From Phoronis australis (taxonomy: Eukaryota; Animalia; Phoronida), in assembly GCA_002633005.1 (NCBI GenBank), contig NMRA01000767.1, positions 94,899-158,898 on the forward strand: a DNA stretch of 64,000 nt, given 5' to 3'. Shown piece by piece: positions 60,899-64,000 of the stretch; within the stretch, counting starts at the first letter, position 1; each line of letters starts with the position of its first letter. The position numbers were made by a program, and so were the translations under genes. Below the pieces are notes generated by a model. The model searched no databases, had not been told where the DNA came from, and saw nothing but the letters and a program-made list of their open reading frames with translations.

Positions 60899-63547
60899 GT
60901 AATAAGCATTTTGGAGGAGATCAATGTAGTCGCATAGAAAAGTACTCCAGATTTCTGTTGGACATGGTTTTCTTTAGAAAGCAAAAGAAACATGTTGCTT
61001 AAAGTGTTAAAAATCATCATTATTGAATGTGAATTGAGACTTTGGGTGGTTAATTAGACCGAGACCCGGGAGACGCAGGTTGTCAGTAAACAGCTAATCA
61101 TATTATGCTTTATTCAAAAAATTTAGAACTGTAATAAGTAAAGCAACAGTAGGGTAACATGTCGATTGCATGAAACTGGAGGTTTTTAACACTTTATGTT
61201 TAACTTTTGGTGACCTCTTGATGAAGGTCTTTTAGTTTACTTTCTGCATGCCTGTCAGTCTGAAATTTCAGAAAATGAGCTGTAAATGTTTCCAACTTTC
61301 TGTTAGACTTATGAGTGACTGCTGTAACTGCTTTGTAATTAGTTGCTGCGATTCTTGCCTAGTATTTGAAAATGTGCTGATTTATTCAAACATCATATGT
61401 GGAGTTGATTTACCACTTTTCTGCTTTCTCATGTTCCTATTTTACACTATTTTCAGTGATTCTGTCCATTTCTTTGAAGTAAGCCGTCCTGCGCCTGCAT
61501 GCTCACTCCACCCCTCTCTGTTGATGTTTGTGGGCTTGCTATGTTGCTTAGCAATTTGTTTGTTTGTGTTCCATACACCGTGAAGTATTGTTCGACAAAG
61601 TGTGACTGTGCAGTATCCACGTCCTCGACCGGCTAGACACTTTTTATCCTTTACGGTTAATTTATGCACAACCCAGTGCCAGATTACGGTTTTTCGGGAC
61701 CCCTTAACTATGAGTAATCTGATGTACCCCTCTAATTTGTGTGCCGTGGGGCCCTGAACTGAATCTTAGTTAGCATAACGATAACCTGAAACTGGCACAA
61801 CTATCGAAGTCACGTGATAAACATGTGATTTCTGTATGATAGTGTTCAAAAGATTTGTCAGTACTGGTGCGATATTGTGGTGCTTCTCTGTTCCATGACT
61901 ACTTGTGCCAGAATTACTCTTTGAAATACCTTGTTAGTGTGTGTGTCATGTTGAGTAATGGTTGCCAAACACCAACTCTCTGACATCATGGCAGTGTCTA
62001 TCAACATGAGTAGGCGCACTATAGGGGGAGCAACTTGTCAGAATACTGTTAATGGGAAAGCATTGGCCTCGTTCCAAGAAGCTCACTCTCGTTAATTTGT
62101 TAAAACTTAAACTTATTTTGTGTTCCAGTTAACCATCTTAAGTCATTGTAGGTTTCCATTTTACGTTAAGTCAACTCTCTCTTTGTGTTAAGTCAATCTT
62201 AAGGTTGTCAAAATGGTCTCCATTCAAATTTATTAAAGAAATCTTGTCCAACACGAGTTTACTATAATTATTACCAAGCAGGAAATTTACGCCTATGTTA
62301 ATAAGCTTATTATTAAAACTCCTTAGAAGTTGTCATTTTGTTTTCCGTTGCACAAGTGGTTTATTTTTATCTCCAAACAAAGAGACTTTCACTTCCGGTA
62401 TGTTGCTGTGAGTTTTACGCTTACAATCGGAACTGTATAATTTTCAAAAATTGAATTCTAAGTCAATTTCTGGTGAGTTCATCCATACACGATTTTTAAT
62501 CGTGGTATATTCATGGATTTTTGTACGCACCCCTTATGCTTTATTCGACTAGCTCGTTTGCGTAAAACTCCGTGAAGACTGACCTAAGATTTTGTAGATG
62601 TTAAGTCAGAAAGTAGAGACAAATTTAAACCTGCTTTGTTGGAATGGGCTTTGGTTTTGTATTGAAATTGACTTCCTATTATAATATTCGTCTTCGCTAG
62701 CTAAAGTCGGAGGTCTTGGAGCAGTCACATGGCCTGTTGCTAGGTGAACTTGTCAACAGTCTGGCTTCTAATGCTTCAACTTTTTGTTAAATGAATAACC
62801 TGAATTGGTACATTACATGGCTTGGGCTGTATTGTACAATTCCGTATGTGTTTCATGCCATTAATTAGTACATGATATTCAAAATGTGTCTGGTTCTATT
62901 GGGGTGTGCCAGCTCGCTACCCTTGTAGTCAAATACTCCAGTACAAACAGAGTATGTCAGTCATACACTACTCTCGTTTCCAACTCAATTCGTCATCAAA
63001 CACCTCGCACATTTGAGTACATACAAGGACAGGGCCATGCTAAGATGAGATGTCTTTATACTGACCTCCTGGGCTTTCCTTGCTTTCTGTATTTTTTAGG
63101 TTCACAAAGCAAGTGTCAAATAAATAACACATACAACTTACTGACTGTATGACCTCACTATGTAAACACAAAGTGTACTGGAATTGAGACTGAAAAGATT
63201 TCTTTACAAAAGAATTTGTTCTGAAATGCGACAGTTTAAACTGAGTCGGTTGGGCTTTGTTCACACTAGTATGACAGAGGGTGACAGAATGCATACTTGT
63301 TCACCAATGTTGAAGAATGATGCTACAGGGCCCTAGTTTAGAAACGACATTCTTAAGAATTACCTTAAATGAAATTCATATTTACTTCACTCCAGTGTAC
63401 CATAAATGATTTGCAGTAGAACTTCATTGAAGCTGAATCTGTGCAGACTTCATCATCCTGTAGTTTTCTTCCAGAATACTGTGTTCAAATGCACGGTATT
63501 TTCTGTGTTCACACAATCTTATATGCCGTGTTCACATGTTCCTATAG

Positions 63548-63772
63548 GTGCTGGAGGAAGAGGGACTGGACAGGTACATTGATGCGCGTACAGTGGAGCG
63601 AGAGATAGCTGAGGCCAATGACATGACGGAAGAGGAAATGAACAGAGCAGCCAGTGAGATCAGTCGGCCATACTACGAGCACCTCGGGGGGTACAGGCTA
63701 CAGGATATGAAGGACTACAACAAGTATTCCCCCGAGGAGGGGCCAGGGGATCAGACAGACTCGTTTGTATGA
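63548..63772 (+). CDS. Cav1: Cav1 last coding exon (DCRD-like) with stop
   Basis: ctatag|VLEEEGLDRYID..EREIAEANDMTEEEMNRAASEI..TDSFV*. Confidence 0.92.
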   Translation: MLEEEGLDRYIDARTVEREIAEANDMTEEEMNRAASEISRPYYEHLGGYRLQDMKDYNKYSPEEGPGDQTDSFV

Positions 63773-64000
63773 GCGGGCAATATTCCTATGTTGCTGTTCT
63801 AGATTCTGTCACTCCTCCCTATGGACGGACACACTTGTTAGGTTGAGTGAGTAACGGTGTCGGTCAGTGGTTGATGACTTCCCTGTGTCCAAGGTGTCAA
63901 TGCAGTGTTGGGACAGAGAGTGTTGTGGACTAGCAGAGTGTTTGTATACCACTATGGTTTGTGACTGATTGTGCTTTGTTTCCAAAGTCGCGATGAAATG

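Overview
Eukaryotic (invertebrate-type, AT-rich) genomic DNA. Almost the whole window is the 3' two-thirds of one + strand L-type voltage-gated Ca2+ channel alpha-1 gene (Cav1; CACNA1C/D-like). I traced about 33 exons by hand from domain II S2 (1729) to the stop codon (63772), with consistent splice phases; domain I lies upstream of the window. Main points: (1) a complete two-exon gene sits on the same strand inside an 8.3-kb II-III-loop intron and encodes a ~426-aa signal peptide + coiled coil + stand-alone CASPR/Neurexin-IV-type fibrinogen-like protein; (2) there is a U12-type GT-AG intron in IIS6; (3) there are two mutually exclusive exon pairs (IVS2, and IVS6/EF-hand) plus a likely dead EF-hand pseudo-exon; (4) candidate in-frame micro-exons occur in the IIIS3-S4 linker, the IVS3-S4 linker (a 6-nt 'ET') and the C-tail; (5) tandem repeats repeatedly copy splice junctions, creating decoy or extra splice sites; (6) several dihydropyridine-site residues are substituted. 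A truncated LINE with target-site duplication, a tRNA-derived SINE, several MITEs and many minisatellites fill the introns. Four duplications around single Ns are most likely haplotype/assembly artefacts. All calls are by eye, with no database or RNA evidence.
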